The translations under genes were made by a program, and so were the position numbers. Shown here in pieces: positions 10,372 through 19,798 of a stretch of DNA of 64,000 nt (position 1 is the first letter of the stretch; each line of letters starts with the position of its first letter). This DNA is from Candidatus Doudnabacteria bacterium (GTDB lineage: Bacteria; Patescibacteriota; Doudnabacteria; UBA920). The stretch lies in contig CAWINB010000004.1 of assembly GCA_963837465.1 (NCBI GenBank), forward strand, positions 522,853 through 586,852, given 5' to 3'. Below the pieces are notes generated by a model. The model was not told the DNA's origin, made no database searches, and worked only from the letters and a program-made list of their open reading frames with translations.

Positions 10372-10926
10372 ATGCCCAAAAGTCTTTCCGCGAAAAATAA
10401 AATCATGATACTCTGCCTGGGGTGGTTAATCCTGAGCGGTTTGATGCTGGGCTATTTTTTTAAAATTTTGGACATCCAAAACACTAAAACTTTGGACGGC
10501 ATGGCTCAAAGCCGCCAGACTTTGGCTACTTTACGGACGGAGGATCAGAGTTTTAAAGAGGCGCAGACGGATTTGCAAAAGCTGGCCAGTCAAGCTTATC
10601 AGCCCGATAGTTTTTTTAGTCGCGATATAACTTTGGTGGACGAAATACAAACGCTGGAAGCCTTAAGCCAGAAATTTAACCTGCAAATGGAAATTTCCGG
10701 CGTCAACGGCACGGTAAATTCCGAAACTCCGGCTCCCACCCAGAGCCCTATTGTACTGGTGTCTTACGGATTAAACCTGACCGGCAGTCTGGCCGATGTC
10801 ACCGACTTTGTCCAGACTCTTGAAAACTTAAGTTTTGTTACTACTGTTAACGGCCTGTCGCTGAGCTCGGGGGATAAGGGGCAGATTAACGCCAATTTAT
10901 CAGGGGATTTTTATTTGTTAAAATAA
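10372..10926 (+). CDS. PilO-like protein
   Basis: N-terminal TM, coiled coil, LTGSLADVTDFVQTLENL ferredoxin-like segment; synteny. Confidence 0.65.
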   Translation: MPKSLSAKNKIMILCLGWLILSGLMLGYFFKILDIQNTKTLDGMAQSRQTLATLRTEDQSFKEAQTDLQKLASQAYQPDSFFSRDITLVDEIQTLEALSQKFNLQMEISGVNGTVNSETPAPTQSPIVLVSYGLNLTGSLADVTDFVQTLENLSFVTTVNGLSLSSGDKGQINANLSGDFYLLK

Positions 10927-10931
10927 ATTCA

Positions 10932-11261
10932 ATGGCCGCGCAGAAAAAATCAATTACCCAGTTAAATGTTTCCGCTGTTTTTGGCAAAGGCTTTAATTTA
11001 AGCTGGTTGTTTTTTGTGATTTTTTTAATCCTTATTTGTTTGGAAATTTTGGAAATAAAAAATTCCGTCAGCCTTATTTTGACGGTTAATAAACCCGCTC
11101 CGCTTCCGGTTGTTTCCAGCGATCCGTCCAGCCGCGTTGATTTTTCCTCTTATGACCAAATTATCGGGCGCATCCAGGCGGCGCAAAATTTCCAGCCGAC
11201 AAACGCGCCGACGTCCAACCCTTTCGCGGACCCGACTTCCACCCCGTTATCCGGACAATAG
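10932..11261 (+). CDS. Small membrane protein in the PilP position
   Basis: Single TM, C-terminal NPF motif, last gene of the pil cluster. Confidence 0.5.
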   Translation: MAAQKKSITQLNVSAVFGKGFNLSWLFFVIFLILICLEILEIKNSVSLILTVNKPAPLPVVSSDPSSRVDFSSYDQIIGRIQAAQNFQPTNAPTSNPFADPTSTPLSGQ

Positions 11262-11348
11262 GCTAAGTTTTAAAAGATTTCCGCGTTCCGCCGGAAGCTT
11301 TTAAACTGTCAATTTTGCCCAAACTTGTCTATAATATAATAGTTATTT

Positions 11349-11425
11349 GCACCCGTAGCTCATTTGGATAGAGCGCCTGGCTTCGAACCAGGAGGCAGTA
11401 GGTTCAAATCCTACCGGGTGCACCA
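11349..11425 (+). tRNA. tRNA-Arg(TCG)
   Basis: Acceptor stem gcacccg/cgggtgc, anticodon arm cctgg-ctTCGaa-ccagg, T-loop ggttcaaatcc, encoded CCA. Confidence 0.95.
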
Positions 11426-11519
11426 TTCATCAATATTCATCTTTTTTGGAGCTTCTGCCATTAACCGAGCCGACCTGACCATAAAAGGCGACGCTTTATT
11501 AAAATTATAACGACAAAAT

Positions 11520-12311
11520 ATGAGTTTAATTGAAACTTTAACTAAGCTGGAACCAATATTTGTAGAAGCGGGTGATATGGCTGCCAAAATGCAAAGCACG
11601 GCCAGACATCATAATAAAACTAATACTGGTTGGAGCGTCACGGATATTGTGACGGAAGCCGATTTGGCAGTCCAGGAATTTTTACTAGGCGAAATGATAA
11701 AGACAGATTTGGTTAATTGCCGACTACTTGGAGAGGAAGATACATCTTTGGTTTCAAAATTTACAGGGACAAACGGCTATTACTTAGGAATAGATCCCAT
11801 TGACGGAACTGCTATTTACGCAAGAGGAGGAAAATGTTTCAGTGTTATTATTTCCGTTCACGATGGGCAAAATTTGATTTATACTTTTAAATATTTTCCG
11901 GTATTAGGTTGGACACAAAAAATCGTGGAAAAAACCTATTCAACTGCGGGTATTCAGCCAAAGTTTGAGTCTGAATTGTCAAACAAGAATACAATTTTTT
12001 ATTACAAGGGTAATCCCGAAAAAACTATACCCGATATTTATAAAAGCCTTACGGACAAAGGATTAAAGTTTGTAAGTTGCGCAGATAGTTTGGAAGATGT
12101 TGACGAACAGGCCATGTTTATTTGCAACAAAACCGCTGGTTTTTATGCTGAAAATCCAAACCCCTATGATGGCTTAGTATCACTTCACGCGGCTTTGGCC
12201 ACAAACCGGAAAATTTATTCCGGTGGTCCAAAAGGTATACTTGATTTTACCAACATTCAAAAACGTGAGAACGGTTTATATTACCCTGGTTATTACTTAG
12301 CATTAAATTGA
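11520..12311 (+). CDS. Inositol monophosphatase (FIG) family protein
   Basis: DIVTEAD, LGEE, IDPIDGT motifs. Confidence 0.85.
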   Translation: MSLIETLTKLEPIFVEAGDMAAKMQSTARHHNKTNTGWSVTDIVTEADLAVQEFLLGEMIKTDLVNCRLLGEEDTSLVSKFTGTNGYYLGIDPIDGTAIYARGGKCFSVIISVHDGQNLIYTFKYFPVLGWTQKIVEKTYSTAGIQPKFESELSNKNTIFYYKGNPEKTIPDIYKSLTDKGLKFVSCADSLEDVDEQAMFICNKTAGFYAENPNPYDGLVSLHAALATNRKIYSGGPKGILDFTNIQKRENGLYYPGYYLALN

Positions 12312-12391
12312 TACTCCAAGAACAATAGAATTCTTGGATTATTTGCTTACAAATCTTAATATTGAAAATATTGCTTAAATCATATAGACTA

Positions 12392-14014
12392 TCATAGTTC
12401 CCATACGGGTCGGTAGCTCAGTTGGTAGTAGCACCTGCCTCTTAAGCAGGTTGTCGTGGGTTCGATCCCCACCCGACCCACCAAGATATTACACAAAGGA
12501 ATTTTTCCAACTTTCCCAAGGGCTGCGCTTAGCGCAGCCCATTGTGTTTGTGGGGTGGAAACAATTTTTTGATTTTTTAAAAATAGGTGCGAGCCAAAGA
12601 TTTTTTGTGCAGCAGATTTTTTGGGGTGCAGTTCGGGCGAAAGCGTTATTTCGCCCAATTTTTGTGCGTCTTTTAAGAAGTTTTTGAGAGGTGCGAGCCA
12701 AATGTTTTGCTTTTGTTCCAGGCGGACAATTTGCTCGCTGTGCGTCTTTTTTTCTGATGTTAGTTTGTTCTTCTCCTGCCGGTATTTATCCGGTTCAATA
12801 TCTTGTTCTAGGTAACCTTGGAAAAGGCGCTCCTGCTTGCGGTCAATATCTTGTATCTTTAACCGCAAGTCCTGGACAAAAGCCGCGGTGGTTTGCGAAC
12901 CTTGCTCTGCGTCTTTGTCCGCCATGGCTTCCAGTTTCGTACCCCATTCCTTAGGCATAATAAACCCTTTTAGGACATTGGACAATTGCTTGTCTAGTTC
13001 CTCGGCTCTGATATGCAGTTGGGAGCAGGTAGTGTTTTTCTTTGTACAACGGTAATAAAGGTAATGGTGGATATTACCGTTTTTTTGATGTTTGGTCTTG
13101 GTTTCAGCGGTAATGCTTCTGCCGCATTCTCCGCATCTAAACAAGCCACATAAGGGCTTGGGGTTACTGACTTGACGGCTGGTTTTGCCTCGCTGTTTTA
13201 AGACTTCCTGAACCTTGTCAAACAGTTGCTTGGTAACGATAGGATGATGATTACCCTGGTGCAGTTCTCCTCCGTATCTGAACAGACCGCAATAAAATGG
13301 GTTGGACAGAATATATGCTGCTTGGTCGCGCTTCATGGCGTTACCTCCTGAACTCTGCCAACGCATAGTAGCTTTGGTTTCAATCCCATTGGCAAAAAAG
13401 AAAGTGGCTATATCTTCCAAGCTATATCGGCTCTCGGCATAGCGTTCAAAAGCTTGTTTGACTATGGGGGCAGTATTTTTATCTTGGACTATGGTCTTAC
13501 TCCGTAAATCGTTAAAATATCCTAATGGGGCAAGTCCCGGATATTCCCCACGCTTAGCTTTTTGGTAAAGTCCGCGCTTAGTGTTGGTGCTTAGGTCACG
13601 GACATATTGATTGGCTATCCCAAATTCTACATTCATGAGCATAACGTTATCAGCGGGATAATAACTGCGCTCCGGGGTTTGGATGTGTTTTATCGTTCCT
13701 TCCTGCAGCAGCCATTCTATCTGAGCGGCATCTACGGGGTTACGGGCAAGTCTATCCAGCTTCCAGCAGACAATGCCTTGAGCCTCACCCTTTTGTATGC
13801 GGGCAAGCATAATGGCAAAGGCAGCGCGACCCGGCCGTTTGGCTGATTGCTTTTCAATGAACTCGTCGGCAATAGTTAACCCCTGTTCCTTGGCCAGCAA
13901 CCTTAAAACCGCAAGCTGGTCTTCAATAGACCGGACTTGCTTGTCTTCAACATCGGTGGATTTGCGTGCGTAGAGGAAATAGTTGTTTACGGAAGAGATA
14001 TTTTTTGGTATCAT
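12392..14014 (-). CDS. Large serine recombinase 1; C-terminus read from the tRNA-Lys antisense strand
   Basis: YARKST, KLDRLARN, recombinase domain (APLGY, ILSNPFYCG), zinc ribbon (CGECG...YYRC); ends LV-GRVGIEPTTT (tRNA antisense). Confidence 0.93.
   Translation of the reverse strand: MIPKNISSVNNYFLYARKSTDVEDKQVRSIEDQLAVLRLLAKEQGLTIADEFIEKQSAKRPGRAAFAIMLARIQKGEAQGIVCWKLDRLARNPVDAAQIEWLLQEGTIKHIQTPERSYYPADNVMLMNVEFGIANQYVRDLSTNTKRGLYQKAKRGEYPGLAPLGYFNDLRSKTIVQDKNTAPIVKQAFERYAESRYSLEDIATFFFANGIETKATMRWQSSGGNAMKRDQAAYILSNPFYCGLFRYGGELHQGNHHPIVTKQLFDKVQEVLKQRGKTSRQVSNPKPLCGLFRCGECGRSITAETKTKHQKNGNIHHYLYYRCTKKNTTCSQLHIRAEELDKQLSNVLKGFIMPKEWGTKLEAMADKDAEQGSQTTAAFVQDLRLKIQDIDRKQERLFQGYLEQDIEPDKYRQEKNKLTSEKKTHSEQIVRLEQKQNIWLAPLKNFLKDAQKLGEITLSPELHPKKSAAQKIFGSHLFLKNQKIVSTPQTQWAALSAALGKVGKIPLCNILVGRVGIEPTTTCLRGRCYYQLSYRPVWEL
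12407..12483 (+). tRNA. tRNA-Lys(CTT); integration target of the island
   Basis: Acceptor stem gggtcgg/ccgaccc, anticodon arm cctgc-ctCTTaa-gcagg, ggttcgatccc, CCA; apparent extra T at 12429 in the D arm. Confidence 0.93.
12479..12626 (+). repeat. Att arm 'A' (recombinase 3' end with GGGCTGCGC-TTA-GCGCAGCCC hairpin), copy next to tRNA
   Basis: 12479-12583 is the exact reverse complement of 15330-15434; 12479-12626 matches rc 43315-43462 with 1 mismatch; degenerate direct copy at 54438-54560. Confidence 0.92.
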
Positions 14015-14072
14015 AGTAATGTATTATAAAAGTCTTTGACTATTATTTTAATAATAGTATTATATTACTATG
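14012..14072. promoter_or_regulatory. Palindromic divergent control region between recombinase and XRE regulator
   Basis: catagtaat...attactatg outer dyad includes both start codons; inner dyad actattat-ttta-ataatagt overlaps TTGACT-16-TATTAT. Confidence 0.6.
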
Positions 14073-14282
14073 CGGTCAAGCAATAAATCTAAAATTTCTG
14101 GGAACATAAAAAAATACCGAAATAAACTCGGTATTTCACAAGACCGTCTATCCAAGTTAGCCGATGTGACTTACAACACAATGATTAAAATAGAATCCGG
14201 CGCTAACCAAAATCCTACAATAGAAACCTTGGCAAAAATTGCCAAAGCTTTAAATGTCGGAGTAGATGATCTTATTAAATAA
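14070..14282 (+). CDS. XRE-family helix-turn-helix regulator
   Basis: ISQDRLSKLADV...KIESG..NPTIETLAKIAKAL. Confidence 0.9.
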   Translation: MRSSNKSKISGNIKKYRNKLGISQDRLSKLADVTYNTMIKIESGANQNPTIETLAKIAKALNVGVDDLIK

Positions 14283-14303
14283 TAATATAGCGATATATTT
14301 TAT

Positions 14304-15275
14304 ATGCCAGCAGAAACCGGCGGTGGCAATTATCCGCCACCAACACACGATAATTTAGAGGGAGAAGTTCGCCGTTCTTGGGATGTTTGGGAAAACAGAG
14401 GCCTGAAAGAACAGGTAGATGAATGCTTTCCTGGCTCAAACAATAGAGATTTGAGCATTGCTAATCATTTCGCTGCGGGCATTGTAAAGAACCACCAATA
14501 TTTTTTAGTTAACATAGGGAAAAATAATAATGTATACCGTCCTCAATATGAATGGAATTCTCAAATAGACTCTCCAGGGCTTGAGACCCCCGAGCAAAGA
14601 AAGTCTTACGTTGATGGAGTCGTAAAAGGTCTTAGTTGGCTAGAGGATGTTCCTAAAGAAGTTAGAAATTTAACCTTAAACGATTTTGGGTCAGATTTTG
14701 TTAGAAGTAACGGCTCGGTGTTGCGAGTAATACCCTTATGGGAAGATAAAACCAAGCCAATAAACAGACAGTGTAGAGTCTTAATAAATTTTACTGGTTT
14801 TACTTTCAGATCCTCTGACCCACGAGGGACACTAAACAGATACTCAATGATTTATACCATACAAAACCCCGAAAAAAGTAATTTAAACGAGATTGACGAG
14901 TATCATTTGAGACTTATGCGCGTATTACCATTTAGCTTACGAAGTGCCGCATATGTCTTAAATCCGGAAAAGGGAAAGCATTTTTTTGATTCTCAAAATT
15001 GTAACGCCGACGGACAACCCACACATTATATAAATTTCATACATAAATTTGCAGGCTCTATCCCTCCTTTACCAAATGCGATACATGCAGAAGCAAGTGA
15101 CCAAGGAGATTGGAATTTTACCGGAAAAAACTTTTCAAAATCTTCTGATAGTGAGCCAAAACAAATGGCTGACTTTGCTGCCTATACTACAAAAGAAATT
15201 GCAAGACCTGACCCGACACGTGGCGGAACTTTTGATCAGAAGGTTAAACAGCTTATTCCTGATATGTGGAGGTGA
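14304..15275 (+). CDS. Hypothetical protein
   Basis: 323-aa ORF; no family recognised. Confidence 0.6.
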   Translation: MPAETGGGNYPPPTHDNLEGEVRRSWDVWENRGLKEQVDECFPGSNNRDLSIANHFAAGIVKNHQYFLVNIGKNNNVYRPQYEWNSQIDSPGLETPEQRKSYVDGVVKGLSWLEDVPKEVRNLTLNDFGSDFVRSNGSVLRVIPLWEDKTKPINRQCRVLINFTGFTFRSSDPRGTLNRYSMIYTIQNPEKSNLNEIDEYHLRLMRVLPFSLRSAAYVLNPEKGKHFFDSQNCNADGQPTHYINFIHKFAGSIPPLPNAIHAEASDQGDWNFTGKNFSKSSDSEPKQMADFAAYTTKEIARPDPTRGGTFDQKVKQLIPDMWR

Positions 15276-15324
15276 ATAAGTTAATTGCGTTCTGCGTCCC
15301 CCAAAAAATCTTCCCTGTTCCCGA

Positions 15325-15434
15325 ACCTGTTTTTAAAAAATCAAAAAATTGTTTCCACCCCACAAACACAATGGGCTGCGCTAAGCGCAGCCCTTGGGAA
15401 AGTTGGAAAAATTCCTTTGTGTAATATCTTGGTG
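15325..15434 (-). repeat. Internal inverted copy of att arm A ending in core TTGGTG (15429-15434)
   Basis: Reverse complement of 12479-12583; translates as the recombinase C-terminus KIVSTPQTQWAALSAALGKVGKIPLCNILV. Confidence 0.92.
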
Positions 15435-15881
15435 AATTTTCTTAGTGAAGCTCACACCTATTATATCCAAAACAGCTAACTTTGCCTACCCCATTACCCC
15501 CTGCAATACACCCTTGCCGAGGCCAAAACTTTAGCCTAAAATGGAAGCAACTGGTACTTTCCAGCTGTATGAACAGCTGTATGAACATCATTCATACAGT
15601 TTGGCTGTTAAACCCCTTAATTCCATTACCTCTCACTACTCCAAATACCCCTGACTACTATATATCACCAGATAATCTAACTGAACGACAAAATAGATAA
15701 TAATACTAAAAATAATAATAACTAAAATACTATACTTAAAATACTAAAATACTTAATACTAACTAAATACAAATATACTAAACTAACTTAAAACAAACCA
15801 AAAAAACAAGGGAAACAGAGAGGGGAAAAGTGGGGGGGTAGTTTCTCCCGCCGCCGGAGGCGGCGGTTTAGAGGGGGTGGA
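15435..15881 (+). repeat. Att arm 'B' copy 1: 268-bp shared core (15435-15702) plus pair-1 A-rich tail, G-tract and hairpin
   Basis: Core matches 43463-43730 (direct) and 34469-34736 and 53172-53439 (inverted); tail matches rc 34340-34468 imperfectly. Confidence 0.95.
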
Positions 15882-15908
15882 CTGATTTAAAAAATTAAAT
15901 TTGATTTT

Positions 15909-18783
15909 ATGGCAACTTCCAAATACGTTGTCGCCCATCCGGTCTCCCGTACCCCTTTGCCACCGTATTATCTTTTGCACCAAGGCGGCGCAGCAGGACA
16001 GGCCGTCTTGTCCCACCAGTTCAACCAAATGCCTGCGTGGCTTCAGACAGGTTCTCACATCGCCTCTTCCTTATTTTCTCTACTGGTTGTATATTTCATA
16101 CTAAGCTGGCTAGGATTTTTCCCCAAACACGCTTTTGAGAAGATAAAACTTAGAAAAAAGGACTTGGAAGCAGAATTTAAAGATAGTCTGTATTTTGAAA
16201 TCACCATCCCTAAAAATTCCCAAACCACGGCGTTCCAAGTCCAGCAAAAAATCCTCAAAGCCTTCCATTCAATTTACCAAGACCCGGTGGAAGGTGCTCA
16301 TAATTTTTCCACTACCTTTAGCCTAATTTATTTCTTCCAAAAGCTCTGGCGGCATTGGAAAGTCAAACGCAGTAAACAAGTATTTTTCAGTATGCAGATT
16401 TGGGCCCAGCACCCGTATATCTCCTTTAGGCTACAGGTGCCGGGGGCTGACTTTGGGCGCATTGAAAAGGCCATTTTCAATGCCTATCCCAATGCGGAGA
16501 TTACTATGCTAGAAAAATCCAAAGCCCTTGAGGAAATCAAGCAATTTCCACAAGGCTTTTTAAGTTACGGCGAAACTACTATTGAGGGACAATTTTACCA
16601 TAGAGTTAAAACCTTAAAAGACGTATCATCAGACCCTGTAGACTCTATTATCTCGGTTATGGAAGGTCTAAAGCCAGGGCAGTTTATGGCCTACAATATT
16701 TTAATCTCCCCTTCTTCCCATTACTTCAATCAAATCATCCACTACCTTATTGAAGAGCAGGAACAAAAAGGGGTGGTAGACCAAAACCAAAGAAGATTGG
16801 CCATTCAGAAATTTGGCAGCGGTTCGGAACTGGCCAATGCCCTAAACTCCGCCATGATTGAAAAGATGAAAGCCCCTCTTTTCCAGACCATTATTTCCTA
16901 CTGGGCTATTGCCGATACCAAACACAGTGCGGAAGATAAACTCAAAAGTATCCAAGGGGTGTTAACGGAAATCAATCAAAAGAACATGAATACCCTTAAG
17001 CACCAACACCTGTTTACCAAACAGGTGGGTGCTCTTGAGCGGAAAGGCAAGCTGACAGAGATTATCGCCCAAAAGCCGGTGTTCCGCCTAAAGCGTTTTC
17101 CCTTATGGCCATTTGCCAAGTTCAAAAACTACGGGCAGGTCATCTCTGACAGCGAGCTATACTCTTTCTGGCACTTGCCGAATACCACGGGAGGTACGGT
17201 ATCTTCCATTAGGCTGACTAAATTTAAAAAACTCCCGGCCAGCCAAGCGCTTCGGGAATATTCAGACAATTTTTTCATCTCCCTGGGTCATGCCAATTTC
17301 CGTATGCAGGAAGAAACACCAATCGGCATTGCCAGCTGGGAAGACATGAAAAAGCACGTTTACATCCTTGGCGGTACCGGCTCCGGCAAGTCCGAGACTT
17401 TAAAAACCATTCTCCATAGCCTACTGGAAAAAGACAACGACATATCCGCTTACCCTATTGAGCTTCGCCAGGGTTATGGCTGGCAAAAAGAATGCCCTAG
17501 CAGCATTACCCAAAACTGCCCTACTGATAATTGACCCTAAAAACGACTTTGCCACGGATTTATTAACCATGATTCCTGAGAACAGGAAACAAGATGTGGT
17601 TTACTTTAATCCGCAAAGACAAAAGAACAGGCCTTTGGCTTTTCCGTTCTTTTCCAAGTTTTCCGGGGACAAGACCGATGAGGAAAAACTGGAGTTTTTA
17701 ATCTCCATTATGAAAAGGTTTGTGCAAATAGATTCCAGTTATTCTTGGGGGCCGGAACTGGAAAACATCCTAAGGCAACTGTTTGCTACGGCTTTTGTCT
17801 TGCCCGAGCAATCTCTGTCCGGCCTTGACTTACTGCTCCACCAGCAAAGCCAGATTAAAAACATTATCAGATATCTGCCGGAACGGCTTAAGGGGTTTTG
17901 GCAGGATTCAATTTTAAACCGAACAAACAACGATCTGGCTAAGTATTTGGCCACAACTAACAACAAGTTGGGCAAGTTTTTGGATTATCCCGAGTTTATG
18001 AATATCGTGGACAGACAGGGTACAAAAATATCCTTTGAAGATATGATTAACACCGGCAAGATATTTATAGCTAACCTTGGCTCTTCCAGCGAGCAGATGA
18101 AAAAGTACTATTCAGTTTATCTAACCGCCCATATTGCCGAGGCTATCTTTGGTCAGGCTAGGTTTAACAGCGAGGACAGAAAACCAGCAGTCTTTGTGGT
18201 AGATGAGTTCCAAAGAGTGGCCAGCGACATCTTTGAGACCTTGTTTTCCGAGGTTAGGGCTTTTAACACGGCCTTAGTCATCTCTAACCAGTTTATGGGT
18301 CAGCTGGATATTCGTATACAAAAATCCATAGAGTCCAACATTGCCACCAAAATCTTTATGCGGACCCAGTCGGTGGATGACGCCGAGATTGCCGAAAAGA
18401 TATTAGGCCAGAAGGTTTTAGTTGAAGACATTATTAACCTGCCCACAGGTACCGCTTACATCAAGACTTTGGTTAATGGTATACCCCAAGACCCCCTGTC
18501 TATTAATATCCAGAAAACAGAACATCCCAAAGACGCTTCCAAAGACATGGAGGATTACTTTATCAATATGGCTATGGACAAGTACGGTACACCCCTTGAG
18601 GACATATTAAAAGAGCGCACCGCCATAAATTCTCTCTATTATTCAGGAGGGCAAGAAAATAAATTTCACGAAGCTATGGGAAAGCATAGAACCTTTGCCG
18701 CCCCAGATCAAGGAACGGGAGGCAAAGACCAGCAGATGGAAGAACCGCCGGAGCCGGAGGATCCAGAGCCACAAAATATTTAA
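15909..18783 (+). pseudogene. VirD4/TraD-like type IV coupling ATPase split by a +1 frameshift (ORFs 15909-17534 and 17458-18783)
   Basis: N-terminal TM; Walker A GGTGSGKS in ORF1; LIIDPKND, VVDEFQ, SNQFMGQL in ORF2; removing one base near 17485-17489 fuses them. Confidence 0.8.
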
Positions 18784-18805
18784 CAATTTTTGATTTTAAA
18801 ATTAT

Positions 18806-19708
18806 TTGCCCATGAATTTTAATAACCCCAATGTTAAATTAACCCCAAGACCCCAAGGCCAAAGCTACCACCTGCACATTAACCAATCGGCTTTGGAAGT
18901 TTTAGGTTTGATTTTTGAATTTAAACTGGCCACCGGCTGGCATATCTCCAGATTTTTAACCCAAAAGGACTATGTCCAATACGTCTATTTAAAGCTCCGT
19001 AGGATGTGGCAGGCAGGTTACTTGGAAAGCTTTAAAATTTCATCGGAATCCGCAAACGGCATCCCCGTCTACTATATACTCTCCCGCTCCGGCCTTAAAG
19101 TCTTAGCCGAACACGGCCTTTATTCTGAAAGCCAGCTGTCAAACTATCCCAAGGCTAAAACTCTGTTTTCTCCGCACTTGTTTAAACACGAATCAGCAGT
19201 TGTGGAACTGGCCAGTCTAGAAGCACAAAACAAGACAAAAGATTTAGACATCAAATTTAAAGGTGAACTAAGTTCCCAAGGCCAAAACATCTTAAGCGAC
19301 AAGACTGTTGAATCCTTAACTCCCGATTATACCGTCTATTATACCCATCAAGGCCAAAGTCATTGTGTCTACAGCGAATTGGAACGCACGTCAAAATCCA
19401 AAACAGCCCAGATTAAGAAAATTGAAAGATACTTGGATTTTTTGAGTTTTGAGCAAAGACAGGCTATAACGTTAAGGCTCATTTTCCAAACAGCGGGCAT
19501 GGAGCAGTCGTTTTGGTTAAACGCCTTAACTAATTTACCCAGGCTCCATAACATCAGGGTTGTTACAACAAATATTGCACTATTACACACGCCTGACAAG
19601 TTCCTTAAGCCCATTTATAGCTCGGAGCAAACAGTCAAACTCGGCAGGTTTGGCGGGCGGCTGACTGTTGATACATCCGGGCGTGTAAAGCTTTTTGAGT
19701 TTTTATGA
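18806..19708 (+). CDS. Replication-relaxation (Replic_Relax) family protein
   Basis: wHTH-like N-terminus (YYILSRSG), HE, LTPD...ELERTSK...KIERY PD-(D/E)xK pattern; adjacent to coupling protein. Confidence 0.75.
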   Translation: MPMNFNNPNVKLTPRPQGQSYHLHINQSALEVLGLIFEFKLATGWHISRFLTQKDYVQYVYLKLRRMWQAGYLESFKISSESANGIPVYYILSRSGLKVLAEHGLYSESQLSNYPKAKTLFSPHLFKHESAVVELASLEAQNKTKDLDIKFKGELSSQGQNILSDKTVESLTPDYTVYYTHQGQSHCVYSELERTSKSKTAQIKKIERYLDFLSFEQRQAITLRLIFQTAGMEQSFWLNALTNLPRLHNIRVVTTNIALLHTPDKFLKPIYSSEQTVKLGRFGGRLTVDTSGRVKLFEFL

Positions 19709-19798
19709 GTAGCGCGGTTACGGAGCTGTTAGATAAATGCGCGCGCAAGGGCGGGCGAGGCAAAGCGCATTACCTATTAATTTTCCCTCCTTTATATC

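Noticed and set aside
11426-12400. Separate island at tRNA-Arg carrying the AT-rich inositol monophosphatase gene
   Set aside because: Composition hints at foreign origin, but no att duplication or mobility gene supports it.
15285-15479. 64-aa and 83-aa ORFs (also 43256-43507) as independent genes
   Set aside because: They are the duplicated recombinase 3' end plus the arm-B tail, with no credible start or catalytic domain.
15554-15599. CTGT...ACAG motifs as LexA/SOS boxes
   Set aside because: Spacing is 4 or 15 nt, not the 8 nt of the proteobacterial SOS box.
15482-15700. 72-aa ORF MPTPLPPAIHP... present four times (also 34471, 43510, 53174)
   Set aside because: TTG start with no RBS; it is simply the translation of the arm-B repeat, and the diverged copy at 54355-54437 does not preserve it. 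Treated as non-coding, though a peptide cannot be fully excluded.
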